A stretch of 30,800 nt of DNA, taken from assembly GCA_038231275.1 (NCBI GenBank), contig JBBRLQ010000053.1, positions 1 to 30,800 of the forward strand, written 5' to 3'. Below are positions 7,946 to 17,895 of this stretch, one piece after another. Below the pieces are notes generated by a model that worked only from the letters and a program-made list of their open reading frames with translations, did not search any database and was not told where the DNA came from. The position numbers and the translations under genes are program-made. Within the stretch, counting starts at the first letter, position 1, and each line of letters begins with the position of its first letter. The stretch is from Polyangiales bacterium (GTDB lineage: Bacteria > Myxococcota_A > Polyangia > Polyangiales > Polyangiaceae).

Positions 7946-10489
7946 CTACCCGCGCCGCCCGAACCGCATGGGGATCGCAACGTGCGGATCCTCCGGCCAG
8001 GCGTGGCGCGGGTACTTTCTTGCGAGCTCTTTCTTGATCGCCGGGTAGTGCCGCTCCCAGAATCCCGCGAGATCCTGCGTCACCTGCACCGCGCGCTTGT
8101 TGGGCGACAGGAGGTGCACGACCAGCGGCACGCGGCCGCCGCCGACCTTCGGGCTTTCTTTCATCCCGAAGAAGTCCTGGAGGTACGACTCGACGCGCGG
8201 CTTGCCGTCCGCGTACTCGATCTTCGCGTTGCGGCCGCTCGCCAGCGGAAGGCGCTCGGGGGCCAGCTGATCGATGCGTGCAAGATGCATGGAAAAGCGC
8301 GCGCGTAGCAAATCGAGGAGCGACACTTGGGCGAGCTCGGCGAAGCTGCGCTTGCCTTCGCAGGCGTCGATCATGGCCGCGCGGACGTCGTCGTCGCTAG
8401 GTGAAGGGACCGCGGCGTCGACGGAGGCGGCGAAGCGGGCGCGGGCGAGCCAGCGATCGAGCTCGCCTTCTGGCGCGAAGGCGCGGGCTCCCTTCGCGAG
8501 GGCCTTGTCGGCGAGCGCGCGTGCGACGGCGGCGTCGTCGACCCCCGAGGCGTCCGACTCGGTGAGCACGATGCCGTCGTAGAGCATGCGGCTCTTGGCA
8601 AGGACGCGCTCGGCCTGCGCGTTCCAGGTGACCTCGGTGGTCTCGCGGATGCGATCCTCGAAGAGCTCGAGGAGCCACTCGGGCTCGATGCCGCTCGCGA
8701 CGCGGACGAGCGGCGGGCTGCGGGCGCCGTCGGCGTCGACGCACACCATGAGCTCCGCCTTCCGCACCTGGCTGCGCTCGGCGAGCTCCGCCATGCCGCC
8801 CTGCGCGAGGGCGAGATCGCGCGAGCCGAATTTGCGCCGCTTCGCGACGCGATCGGGGTAGCCGGCGAGGACGCACATGCCGAGGGCGGCGTCCACGGAG
8901 GGCGGCCCCTTCACGTTCCGGCTCGCGCGTGACACGAGTCGCGTGAGCTGCTTCTGCGCGCGATCGACGGCGTGCACGGCGCCGGCGTCGAGGCCAATCG
9001 CACGGAGCGCGTGGTGCGAGAAGCCGCTCGCCTCCGCCTCGCGGAACGCGTCGAGCATCGCGACCACGTCGCTGTCCTCGGTCGGCGTGTCGTCCTTCCG
9101 GCCGCGATCGCCGAACGACGTCTTCTGGGAGAGCCGAATTTCCCGCTCGGCGACGAGGGCCGCGACGACGCACGCGTCTTCCGCGATGCCGCGCGCTTCG
9201 CCTTCGACGACGAGGCGCGCCTGGCGCGGATGGAGCGGGAAGGTCAGCATCCGCGTGCCGCGCGGCGTGATCTCACCCTTCGCGTCGACGGCGCCGAGGC
9301 GGAGCAAGAGCTCTTGGGCGGCGCGCCACGCTTCCTCGGGCGGCGCCTCGAGCCACGACAGATCGCGCGCGTCCGCGGCGGCGAGCTCGAGCGCGGTCTG
9401 CGCGAGATCGGCGCGGCGGATCTCGGGCGCGTCGTGCTCGGCGCGCGCGTCGAGATCCGCCTTCGTGTAGAGGCGAAGACACCGTCCCTCACGCGTACGC
9501 CCGGCGCGGCCTGCGCGCTGCGTCGCCGAGGCGCGGCTCACCTTCTCGACGCGCAGCTCGGGCAACCCCGACCACGGCGAGTGCCGCGCCACGCGCGCGA
9601 GGCCCGAGTCGATCACGGCGGCGACGCCCTCGATCGTGACGCTCGACTCGGCGACGTTCGTGGAGAGCAAGATCTTGCGCTTCTCGCTGGGCCTCACGGC
9701 GCGGTCTTGCTCGGCGGGCGGCAAGTCACCGTGGAGGGGCAGAAGCAGCAGATCGTTCTCGGCGGCGAGCTTCTCGAGCGCCTCCTTCGCGCGCCGGATC
9801 TCCGCCGCACCTGGCAGGAACACGAGCACGTGCCCATCGAGCCCGTCTTTGATGAGCGCACGCACCGCGGACGCGACGAGCGACTCGAGTGGCCTGTCCT
9901 CGGCGGACGGCAGATGCTCGAGGCGCACGTCGAACCGTCGCCCTTCGGCGCGCAGCTGCGGGCAGCCCAGGTACGCGGCGACCGGCGCGGCGTCGAGCGT
10001 GGCGCTCATGACGACCAGCGAGAGCGGCCGGCGCGCCTGGAGGCGCTTCAGCCACGCGAGCGCGATGTCGCCGTGGAGGTGCCGCTCGTGGAACTCGTCG
10101 ACGACGACGCACGCCACGCCGCGCAGCTCCGGATCGGCGACGAGCTTGCGCGTGACGATCCCCTCGGTGACGAAGCGGATGCGCGTGCGTTTGCTCGAGA
10201 CGTCCTCGAAGCGCACCTGGTAGCCGACGGTGCCGCCGAGCTCCTCGCCCAGCTCCTCTGCTACGCGTCGGGCGGCAAGGCGCGCCGCCAGCCGACGAGG
10301 CTCGAGCACGAGAATTTCTCCGTGATCGCCGGCGAGCCCGGCGTCGAGCATCGCGCGCGGCACACGCGTCGTCTTTCCCGCGCCGGGCGGCGCCTCGAGC
10401 ACGAGGCTCTGGTGCGCGCGCAGGGACGCAATGACCTCGGGAAGCAGCGGATCGATGGGGAGCGCTTGCAATCGGGCGCAGCATCCCAT
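7946..10489 (-). CDS. hrpB: ATP-dependent RNA helicase HrpB
   Basis: APPGAGKTT, LEPRRLAAR, DEFHER, MSAT, STNVAESSVTI, QRAGRAGR and C-terminal QVTQDLAGFW...YPRHAWP. The start may be TTG at 10471. Confidence 0.95.
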   Translation of the reverse strand: MGCCARLQALPIDPLLPEVIASLRAHQSLVLEAPPGAGKTTRVPRAMLDAGLAGDHGEILVLEPRRLAARLAARRVAEELGEELGGTVGYQVRFEDVSSKRTRIRFVTEGIVTRKLVADPELRGVACVVVDEFHERHLHGDIALAWLKRLQARRPLSLVVMSATLDAAPVAAYLGCPQLRAEGRRFDVRLEHLPSAEDRPLESLVASAVRALIKDGLDGHVLVFLPGAAEIRRAKEALEKLAAENDLLLLPLHGDLPPAEQDRAVRPSEKRKILLSTNVAESSVTIEGVAAVIDSGLARVARHSPWSGLPELRVEKVSRASATQRAGRAGRTREGRCLRLYTKADLDARAEHDAPEIRRADLAQTALELAAADARDLSWLEAPPEEAWRAAQELLLRLGAVDAKGEITPRGTRMLTFPLHPRQARLVVEGEARGIAEDACVVAALVAEREIRLSQKTSFGDRGRKDDTPTEDSDVVAMLDAFREAEASGFSHHALRAIGLDAGAVHAVDRAQKQLTRLVSRASRNVKGPPSVDAALGMCVLAGYPDRVAKRRKFGSRDLALAQGGMAELAERSQVRKAELMVCVDADGARSPPLVRVASGIEPEWLLELFEDRIRETTEVTWNAQAERVLAKSRMLYDGIVLTESDASGVDDAAVARALADKALAKGARAFAPEGELDRWLARARFAASVDAAVPSPSDDDVRAAMIDACEGKRSFAELAQVSLLDLLRARFSMHLARIDQLAPERLPLASGRNAKIEYADGKPRVESYLQDFFGMKESPKVGGGRVPLVVHLLSPNKRAVQVTQDLAGFWERHYPAIKKELARKYPRHAWPEDPHVAIPMRFGRRG

Positions 10490-10503
10490 TTAACCGAGGG
10501 GAG

Positions 10504-11538
<1,035 letters not shown>

Positions 11539-11584
11539 ACGTGGAGCGAAGCGCAGCGGAGCGAAACGACTCCTGACGGAATCG

Positions 11585-12709
11585 TCAGCTGCGGCGATAC
11601 GCGCGCACGCGAGGGCATTCGGGATCGGGGCCGTGCACGTCGTCCACGAAGCGTGAGACGACCTTGCAGCCACCCTTGCACACGGGGCGAAGCGTGCAGG
11701 ATGCACATGGTTCGAGGGGCGCGGCCGCGTAGGCGCGCCAGCGTTCGAGCTCGGCGTCGTCGGCGGGCCCAGCGAAGCTGCACGGCGCGGTCTTCCCGTC
11801 GACACGCACGGCGCCGAGGCGATCGCCGGCCTCGCACCCGAAGACGCCGAACCGCGCGAACGCGTCGGGCGCGAGCGACGCGTCGCCGGATAGGAACGGG
11901 ACGAGCGCACAATCGACGCGCACGTGGAAGCCCCCGTCGTCGCAGCGGTGCTCGGCGACGATCGCGCGGAGGGTCGGGACAAACTCGTCCACCTGCGCGG
12001 GCGAGAGGCGTCGCGCCAAGTAGTCGAGCGTCGCGGCGCGTCCGGCGGGCTTGTAGCGGAGCAGCTGGGCCTCGCGCGCCCCGAGCGCGCGTGCGCGGCG
12101 CACCGTATCGGCCAGGTGCGGGAAGCTCTGGCGCGTGAGGACGACGTTGACGCCGACCGTGACGCCGGCGCGCGCGAGCCGCTCGATCGCGGCCTCGGCC
12201 GCCCGCGCGCCGTCGAAGCCGCGCACGCTCTCGTACGCTTCGCCCGCGCCGTCGTAGCTCACGTTCACCTGCGCGAAGGCGCCGAGGCGAGCGACGCGCG
12301 CGTCACTCAGGCCGAGCCCGCTCGTTGTGAGGACGGGCGTGAGGCCACGTGCGCGTGCCGCCTCCGCGATCTCGCCGAGATCGTCGCGCGTGATCGGCTC
12401 GCCGCCGCCGAACGCGACCGTGAAGACGCCATCCGCCGCGAGCGCATCGAGGCGCGCGAGGAGCGTGGACTGCGGAGGCTCCTCGCCGTCGGGCCGCGCG
12501 TCGAGGTAGCACCCTTCGCACCCTGCCGCGCACTTGCCGGTGACCGCGAGGTGCACCTCCACCGGTGCGCTCGCGGCGATCGCCGCGCGCGACCAGACGT
12601 CTCCGCCGTCGAGCCCCGCTGCGCGCGCACCATCATGATCGAGCGCGACGAGCGCCGCCATCTCTTCGAGCTTCACCCAGGCGCCCCACGCCTCGTAGCG
12701 GACGATCAC
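11585..12709 (-). CDS. Radical SAM protein with C-terminal SPASM-type domain (PqqE/MftC-like subgroup)
   Basis: CAAGCEGC radical SAM motif, FGGGEP, VSYDG...VRG, GCEAG...DG...PCSF and CxxCx5CxGGC...DPEC auxiliary-cluster cysteines; GTG start with GGAGG SD overlaps the upstream stop (GTGA). Confidence 0.92.
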   Translation of the reverse strand: MIVRYEAWGAWVKLEEMAALVALDHDGARAAGLDGGDVWSRAAIAASAPVEVHLAVTGKCAAGCEGCYLDARPDGEEPPQSTLLARLDALAADGVFTVAFGGGEPITRDDLGEIAEAARARGLTPVLTTSGLGLSDARVARLGAFAQVNVSYDGAGEAYESVRGFDGARAAEAAIERLARAGVTVGVNVVLTRQSFPHLADTVRRARALGAREAQLLRYKPAGRAATLDYLARRLSPAQVDEFVPTLRAIVAEHRCDDGGFHVRVDCALVPFLSGDASLAPDAFARFGVFGCEAGDRLGAVRVDGKTAPCSFAGPADDAELERWRAYAAAPLEPCASCTLRPVCKGGCKVVSRFVDDVHGPDPECPRVRAYRRS

Positions 12710-12975
12710 GGCTCGCCTCCCGTCGCGTCGTCTTCAGCGGCGCTCGTGCGGTCGCTCGCCTTCGACGTGCCCGAGCCCCGTGAAGGGACGACGACCACGC
12801 GCTTCTCGCGGGCGATGGCGGCCGCGATCGCGGTGAGGAGGACGCCCCCGACGACCGCGCTCGCGAAGAGCGTGTCGACGACGCTCCCGATGCTCGAGCA
12901 GTTGGCGCCGTGCCCGATGCGGACGACGCGGAGGCCGCGCGCGATCTCGTCTTCCTTCTTCACAGGCTCCGTCAT
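12706..12975 (-). CDS. Small (89 aa) single-pass membrane protein with RIGHGANCSSIGS motif; candidate radical SAM partner or substrate
   Basis: ATG 12975 overlaps the upstream TGA (ATGA) and its TGA overlaps the rSAM GTG. Sequence MTEPVKKEDEIARGLRVVRIGHGANCSSIGSVVDTLFASAVVGGVLLTAIAAAIAREKR... Confidence 0.75.
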   Translation of the reverse strand: MTEPVKKEDEIARGLRVVRIGHGANCSSIGSVVDTLFASAVVGGVLLTAIAAAIAREKRVVVVPSRGSGTSKASDRTSAAEDDATGGEP

Positions 12976-14051
12976 AAGCCGAACCCCTTCAGGTACTCCA
13001 CGTCGATCCACTCGAGGACGAGGAACGCGGCGGCGACCACCGACGCTCCGCACACCAACGTACGCGCCGCGCGCGCTGCCGGACGCGGGGACCCGACGGC
13101 GGCCCACGCGCGCGCGCCGAACGTGATCGGCAACGCGGCGACGCCGAACGCAACAAACGGCGCGCTCGTCCCACGCTCGTAGAACGTCGCGAGGAGCGCC
13201 CCAGTGATCGCGACATAAGCAAAAAAGCCTGCGATGAGCTTGTAGGATGCACGTATCGCGTTCGAGGCCGCGCCGATCTCGCCCCTCGTCCGGGCGCGCG
13301 CGAGCACGATGGCCACGGCCGCGAAGGTGACGGCGAGGACGCCGAGCGACGTGCGATGCAGCGCGCGCCGCCGAACGAGCGTACGGACGCGCGCGGTCAG
13401 CGACGGCTCCGCGATGGCGGCGTGACGCGTCACGGTGTCGCGCGCGTCGTCGAGGCGCCCGAGGTCCAGCTCCACGTCCACGAGCATGTCGAGGGCCAGC
13501 CGCGCGGTGAGCGGATCGGCGCTTGGATCCGCCGCGACCTTCTCGAGGAGCGGGACGGCGCGCGCGGGCTGATGAAGGCGTCCCGCGTAGGCCTCCGCCA
13601 CGAGGAGGCGCGCCTCGCCACGGACCTGCCCCGGCGGGAACCCATCGGCGCGCGCGGCCAGATCGTCCAGCGCCTGCGGATCGTCCGCCGCGGCGCGATC
13701 GGCGCGCATCACCTCGAGCGCCGTGAACGGAGCGAAGTCCCCCTCGGCGTGCGACCGCAACGTCCGCGCGCGCGCCTGCGCTCTCGGAACGAACCCCGCC
13801 GACGGCGTCGCCTTGACCGCGCGCTCGTACTCGTCGGCCGCCTTCGCGAACGCGCGGCGCTGATCGTCCTCCTCGGCGGCGTGGAACAGCTGCGCGCCAT
13901 CGTCCGTCTGCGCGTGCGCGCGCGGCACGACGAGCGCGAGCAGGACCGGCACGACGCGCACGACGCGCACGACGCGCACGACGAAGGCGAGGGGAGGGGC
14001 CCAGGCACGCGGCACCGCGGGACGTTCACACGCAAGGCCCGCCTTGTCCAC
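12972..14051 (-). CDS. Hypothetical protein: signal peptide, TPR-like helical domain and four C-terminal transmembrane helices
   Basis: AHA-Q signal cleavage site; Ala-rich helical repeats (AFAKAADEYERAVKATP, AVPLLEKVAADP); four hydrophobic segments at the C-terminus. Start uncertain (GTG 14015 is plausible). Confidence 0.7.
   Translation of the reverse strand: MDKAGLACERPAVPRAWAPPLAFVVRVVRVVRVVPVLLALVVPRAHAQTDDGAQLFHAAEEDDQRRAFAKAADEYERAVKATPSAGFVPRAQARARTLRSHAEGDFAPFTALEVMRADRAAADDPQALDDLAARADGFPPGQVRGEARLLVAEAYAGRLHQPARAVPLLEKVAADPSADPLTARLALDMLVDVELDLGRLDDARDTVTRHAAIAEPSLTARVRTLVRRRALHRTSLGVLAVTFAAVAIVLARARTRGEIGAASNAIRASYKLIAGFFAYVAITGALLATFYERGTSAPFVAFGVAALPITFGARAWAAVGSPRPAARAARTLVCGASVVAAAFLVLEWIDVEYLKGFGL
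13949..13984. repeat. Four tandem 9-bp repeats GCACGACGC (VVR repeats in the signal region on the minus strand)
   Basis: GCACGACGC x3 plus GCACGACGA. Confidence 0.8.
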
Positions 14052-14103
14052 GGTCGCGGTCGGGACTTCGGCGCCGGGCGCGCGCGTTCTTCAATCGCGT
14101 GGT

Positions 14104-15966
14104 ATGCCCGGAAAGCCGATGAGAGGTGGTCCGTCGCTCCCGCTGCTCGTCTTGCTCGCCTCGTCGACCGGGTGCGCGAAGGCATGCAAGAACGACCACC
14201 CATACGTGCCCTATTCGATCGGTGACGGCGACGCGCCGGACGGATGGGAGGACGGCGCGACGACCCAGGTCGTCGAAGACTCCGGCGCGATGGAGATCGC
14301 CGCGACCGCCGCGCCGGCCGGGGCGACGCGCTGGACGCTCGAAGGCCTCGATCTCGCCGCGCCGCCGGATCGGGTGTTCGTGCTGGGGCTGGCGCGCGAC
14401 CTCGACGGTGACGGCGCGAAGGACGCGCTCGCGATCGTCCGCGCGACGAAGGACGAGGCGGCCCCCGACGAGACGATCTTCTTCAAAGGAACCGCGCGCG
14501 GCCTCGACGCGCCCGCGAGCGTCGCGACGGGTCCGGGTCCGGCGCCTGCGGTGGACGCCGGCTGCGCACGCGTCGCGCGCCTCGCACAAATTGGCCGGCG
14601 GTCTGCGGTCGTCGAGCTCGGCGCGGCGTGCGCGACGCTCGCGACGTCGCGGTGGCTCGGCGTCCTCTCGTTCGATCGCGGCGTGCGAACGCGCTTCGCG
14701 ACGACGATCGTGGATCCCGCCGAATCACCGCACCTCACGGTCGACGCGGACGGCGCCGATCGCGACGGCGATGGGATCGACGACGTCACCCTCCGCGTCT
14801 CGATCGACGCGCCGAACACGCCGTTCGAGCCGATGCCGCGCGCAACCACGAAGATCGTTTGGTTCGATCGGCCCGCCGGCCTGAGCCGCGAGCGCGACGA
14901 GCCGGACGCGTCGCTTCGCGCCCTCGCGCAGGCCGCCGCCACGCGCGCGGCGAAGGCGAAGGACGCGCCGCAGGTCCCGGGCGCCGTGCATCAGATCCGC
15001 GCGCTTTACGGCGCCGTGTGCGCGGAGGGGGGCGCCGCGCGGCTCGTGAAGATCACTGTCGGCACCGGCGGCGTCGCGTGCGGCCCGAGCCGTGCGCTCG
15101 AGGAAGCGGGCTTTGCGCTCGCTCGCGCGCACGCGACGATGGGCGATCCGGCGCGCGCGGTCTGGGCGATCGATCGCGCGCAGCAGCCTCCCGCGTCCAA
15201 GACGCCCGCGCGCGTCGCCGAGGCGTACGCGTGGATCGCGCAGGCGGCCCCGATCGCGCTCGCCAAGCAGCTCCGCGCAATCGCGGCGGTGCCGCAGATC
15301 GAGCGCGGCGCGGCGCCGTCGTGGGGCGCGCTCGCCTTCGAGCCGAACGGCAAGCTCCTCATCCGAACGGCGGCCGGCGTCGCGCGCGTCGATCCGGTCG
15401 CGGGCGACGAGGTGGACGCGCCCGATGCGACGCCGTGGCGCACGCACGTCGTCTCGCCCGACGGGACGCTTCGTTGGCTCTCGGTCACGACCGCGTGCGA
15501 CGGCGGACCTCTCCGCGCGTCGTTCGCGTCGACCGGTCCGGCGCTCGACGCCGACGCGCGCGATGTCCTTCTCCCCGTGGCGACGCCGCTCGGAACCAAA
15601 TGCGCCGCGGGCCGTGGCGAGGCCGCGCACGCTGTGCCGCTCGCGTGGGGTCCGCGCGGCCTCGAGGCGCTCGTCGCCGGCGAGCCGGTTCTCTTCACCG
15701 CCGATCTGTCGCGCGCGTCGATCGCGGCGGCGGCGCTCGAACAAGCCGTCACGCCCGGCGCGCCGCGCTCCCCATCCGGCAAGGTCACCGTCGTGCCCAC
15801 CTCGCTCGGCATCGTCGTTCGCTCCCCCAAGGCGCGCATGCTCAAGGCGAAGGAGCTCGACGGCGGCTACGGAGAGCTCCAGAGCTGCACCGTGAGCGAC
15901 GACGCGACGATGGTGGCGTGCGTCCGCGGCGGCCGCGCGTTCGTCGGGACCTGGGACCCGCCGTGA
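14104..15966 (+). CDS. Hypothetical lipoprotein with two DxDGDG Ca-binding (FG-GAP-like) motifs
   Basis: Long ORF with high GC3; lipobox-like LLVLLASSTG-C; DLDGDGAKD and DRDGDGIDD. Start is ATG 14104 or 14119. Confidence 0.7.
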   Translation: MPGKPMRGGPSLPLLVLLASSTGCAKACKNDHPYVPYSIGDGDAPDGWEDGATTQVVEDSGAMEIAATAAPAGATRWTLEGLDLAAPPDRVFVLGLARDLDGDGAKDALAIVRATKDEAAPDETIFFKGTARGLDAPASVATGPGPAPAVDAGCARVARLAQIGRRSAVVELGAACATLATSRWLGVLSFDRGVRTRFATTIVDPAESPHLTVDADGADRDGDGIDDVTLRVSIDAPNTPFEPMPRATTKIVWFDRPAGLSRERDEPDASLRALAQAAATRAAKAKDAPQVPGAVHQIRALYGAVCAEGGAARLVKITVGTGGVACGPSRALEEAGFALARAHATMGDPARAVWAIDRAQQPPASKTPARVAEAYAWIAQAAPIALAKQLRAIAAVPQIERGAAPSWGALAFEPNGKLLIRTAAGVARVDPVAGDEVDAPDATPWRTHVVSPDGTLRWLSVTTACDGGPLRASFASTGPALDADARDVLLPVATPLGTKCAAGRGEAAHAVPLAWGPRGLEALVAGEPVLFTADLSRASIAAAALEQAVTPGAPRSPSGKVTVVPTSLGIVVRSPKARMLKAKELDGGYGELQSCTVSDDATMVACVRGGRAFVGTWDPP

Positions 15967-16445
15967 TACGCTCGCGGCTGGCGATGCCGCTCGGGACTCA
16001 TCGAAGTGCTTCAGGAAGCGCGCGCCTTTCGGTCGCGCTCGTCGGCATCATCGCCTTGCTCGCGATCGCGCCGTCCGTTTCCGCCGCGGCCGACGCGCCG
16101 CCCGCCCTCCAAGCGACGCTGGCGTGCACCCCCGCGGGCGAGCCGGGCCGCGTCCGCTGCGAGGTCGAGGCGCAGGTCCCCGGCGCGCAAATCAAGTGGG
16201 CGGACGCCGAGATCCTCCAAGTCCCCGAGATGATCACGCCGCTGAAGGGGCGCATCGGGCCGCGCGACGCCGCCGTGAAGGAGCCGCAGCTCTGGCGCCT
16301 CTCGCTCGCCCTCGTCGCGAAGCGCACCGGGGAAGGACCGGTGGTCGTTCGCGTTCGCGTCGTCGCGTGCCAGACCGTAGAAGGCAAGGAACGCTGCGTG
16401 CCGCTCGCGGTCGAGGCGACCGGTCGCGTGAAGGTCGGCGCCTGA
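15963..16445 (+). CDS. Secreted hypothetical protein resembling the DsbD N-terminal Ig-like domain
   Basis: GTG overlaps the upstream TGA (alternative ATG 15984); hydrophobic signal ending VSA-A; C-terminal strand with VAC-x8-CVP Cys pair, as in nDsbD-like folds. Confidence 0.55.
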   Translation: MIRSRLAMPLGTHRSASGSARLSVALVGIIALLAIAPSVSAAADAPPALQATLACTPAGEPGRVRCEVEAQVPGAQIKWADAEILQVPEMITPLKGRIGPRDAAVKEPQLWRLSLALVAKRTGEGPVVVRVRVVACQTVEGKERCVPLAVEATGRVKVGA

Positions 16446-16504
16446 CGATCCATAATTGGCCGAGAATTTGGCTGTAATCGCGTCGTCGGGCTTCAATCGG
16501 CGGC

Positions 16505-17230
16505 ATGCACCTGCCTGGCCGACTGCGCTCGACGACCCTGGGCGATCTGCTCGGCACGCTCCACCGCGAAGGCGCCACTGGCACGATGGAGCTCGCCGAG
16601 TTGCGCGGACGTGTCCATCGCGTGCACATGCTCCGCGGATACGTCGCGGCCGTCGAGCTCGACGGCGCGAGCGCGTCCCTCGCCGAGATGCTCCGCCGCC
16701 GCCAGGTCATCGGTGAAGAGACGCTGCGCCGCTCGCTCCTCCGCGCGATGTCGTCGCGTCGTCTCCACGGTGAGGTCCTCGTCCGTGACTTTCGCCTCTC
16801 GCCTTCGGTCGTCGACGACGCCCTGCGCGCGCAGCTCCAGAACCGCCTCGAGATCTTGGACCAGCTCACCGACGCGCAGATCTGTTTCCGTGTTGCCGTC
16901 CGGGCGCCGCGTGGCGCGCTCACCGACGTCCCCCTTCGCCCGAGCGAGTTCCTCGGCGGGAAGCGACGCGCGCGTGATCGCACCCACGACACACGAGACT
17001 CGAGCCAGGCCCGCTCCGCCTCCGCTTCCACCCCGCGTCCTCGCGTCGAGGCGTGCCGTGTGCTCGGCATCGCCGACAGCGCCGACGCCACCGAAGTGAA
17101 GCGCGCCTACCGCCGCCTCGTCCACGCGACGCACCCCGATCTCCACCCTGGCGCGACGCCCGACGAGAAGCGCACGCTCGCCGCACGCTTTCAGCAGATC
17201 ACCGAAGCGTACCGTCACCTCGTGGCGTGA
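16505..17230 (+). CDS. DnaJ-domain protein with N-terminal DUF4388-like domain
   Basis: GRLRSTTLGDLLGTLHREGATGTMEL N-terminus; C-terminal J domain VLGI...VKRAYRRLV...HPD...FQQITEAY. Confidence 0.88.
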   Translation: MHLPGRLRSTTLGDLLGTLHREGATGTMELAELRGRVHRVHMLRGYVAAVELDGASASLAEMLRRRQVIGEETLRRSLLRAMSSRRLHGEVLVRDFRLSPSVVDDALRAQLQNRLEILDQLTDAQICFRVAVRAPRGALTDVPLRPSEFLGGKRRARDRTHDTRDSSQARSASASTPRPRVEACRVLGIADSADATEVKRAYRRLVHATHPDLHPGATPDEKRTLAARFQQITEAYRHLVA

Positions 17231-17233
17231 CGG

Positions 17234-17689
17234 TCAGCCGGGGCTGGCGTCCGCCGGTGGCGGGCCGGCATCAGGCACCGTCGCCGCCCCGCATCGCTCC
17301 GAGCTCGTCACGCTGCTGGGCTCCACCCAGACTGGGCACCCGTGGGTGTCCTTCCCGATGTGCCAGCCCGGCACGTCGGGACGCGGCATGTAGTCGCACG
17401 TCGTGAGGCCGCACGCGCCGCTCTCGATCCATCCGCCGTAGTCCATGCAGCATCCGGGGGACTTCGCGGGCGCGCAGCAGACGCCGAGGTTGATGGTCGG
17501 CGCGCCGCTCGTGCTGTTGCCGCCGGGGACCGGTGATCCCGAGGAGCTCGAGGAGCTCGAGGAGCTCGCCCCCGAGGAGCTCGCCCCGCCCGACGACGAG
17601 CTCGTCCCCTCCGGACCCGGGGCGACGCCGCCACCGCACGCGATCAAGAGGAGGGAAGCCAGGGCGGGGAAGGGGAGGCGATGGAGCAT
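17234..17689 (-). CDS. Small Cys-rich lipoprotein
   Basis: MLHRLPFPALASLLLIA-C lipobox, Ser/Gly linker, then a domain with 8 Cys (VCCAP...GCCMDYGG...C...C...GCPVW...C). Confidence 0.7.
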   Translation of the reverse strand: MLHRLPFPALASLLLIACGGGVAPGPEGTSSSSGGASSSGASSSSSSSSSGSPVPGGNSTSGAPTINLGVCCAPAKSPGCCMDYGGWIESGACGLTTCDYMPRPDVPGWHIGKDTHGCPVWVEPSSVTSSERCGAATVPDAGPPPADASPG

Positions 17690-17798
17690 GCTCACCAGAG
17701 AGCATTCGCCATACCACGCCGAAAAAGGGTGGAAATTCCTCGTCACGCGCCATCCGCGGCCGACACCGCAAGGGTCCTTGGCATTCCTTGACACAGCC

Positions 17799-17894
17799 GA
17801 CCCCGACCTCGACCCCGACCCCGACCCCGACCGCGACCCCGACCCCGACCGCGACCCCGACCGCGACCCCGACTCCGACTCCGACCCCGACTCC
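17799..17894. repeat. Intergenic degenerate hexamer array (GACNNC)x16
   Basis: GACCCC, GACCGC, GACTCC and GACCTC units in perfect 6-bp register, ending 1 bp from the TAG of the 17896 gene. Confidence 0.9.
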
Positions 17895-17895
17895 G

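Noticed and set aside
11539..11588. GAGCGAAGCGCAGCGGAGCGAA and the CTGACG-GAAT-CGTCAG hairpin between convergent murB and rSAM genes
   Set aside because: The stem is only 6 bp, has no U tract and occurs once, which is too weak to call a terminator or REP.
14628..15962. N-terminal part of the 605-aa ORF 14628..16445
   Set aside because: Off-frame overlap with the 14104-15966 gene; only the last ~160 aa look like a real protein.
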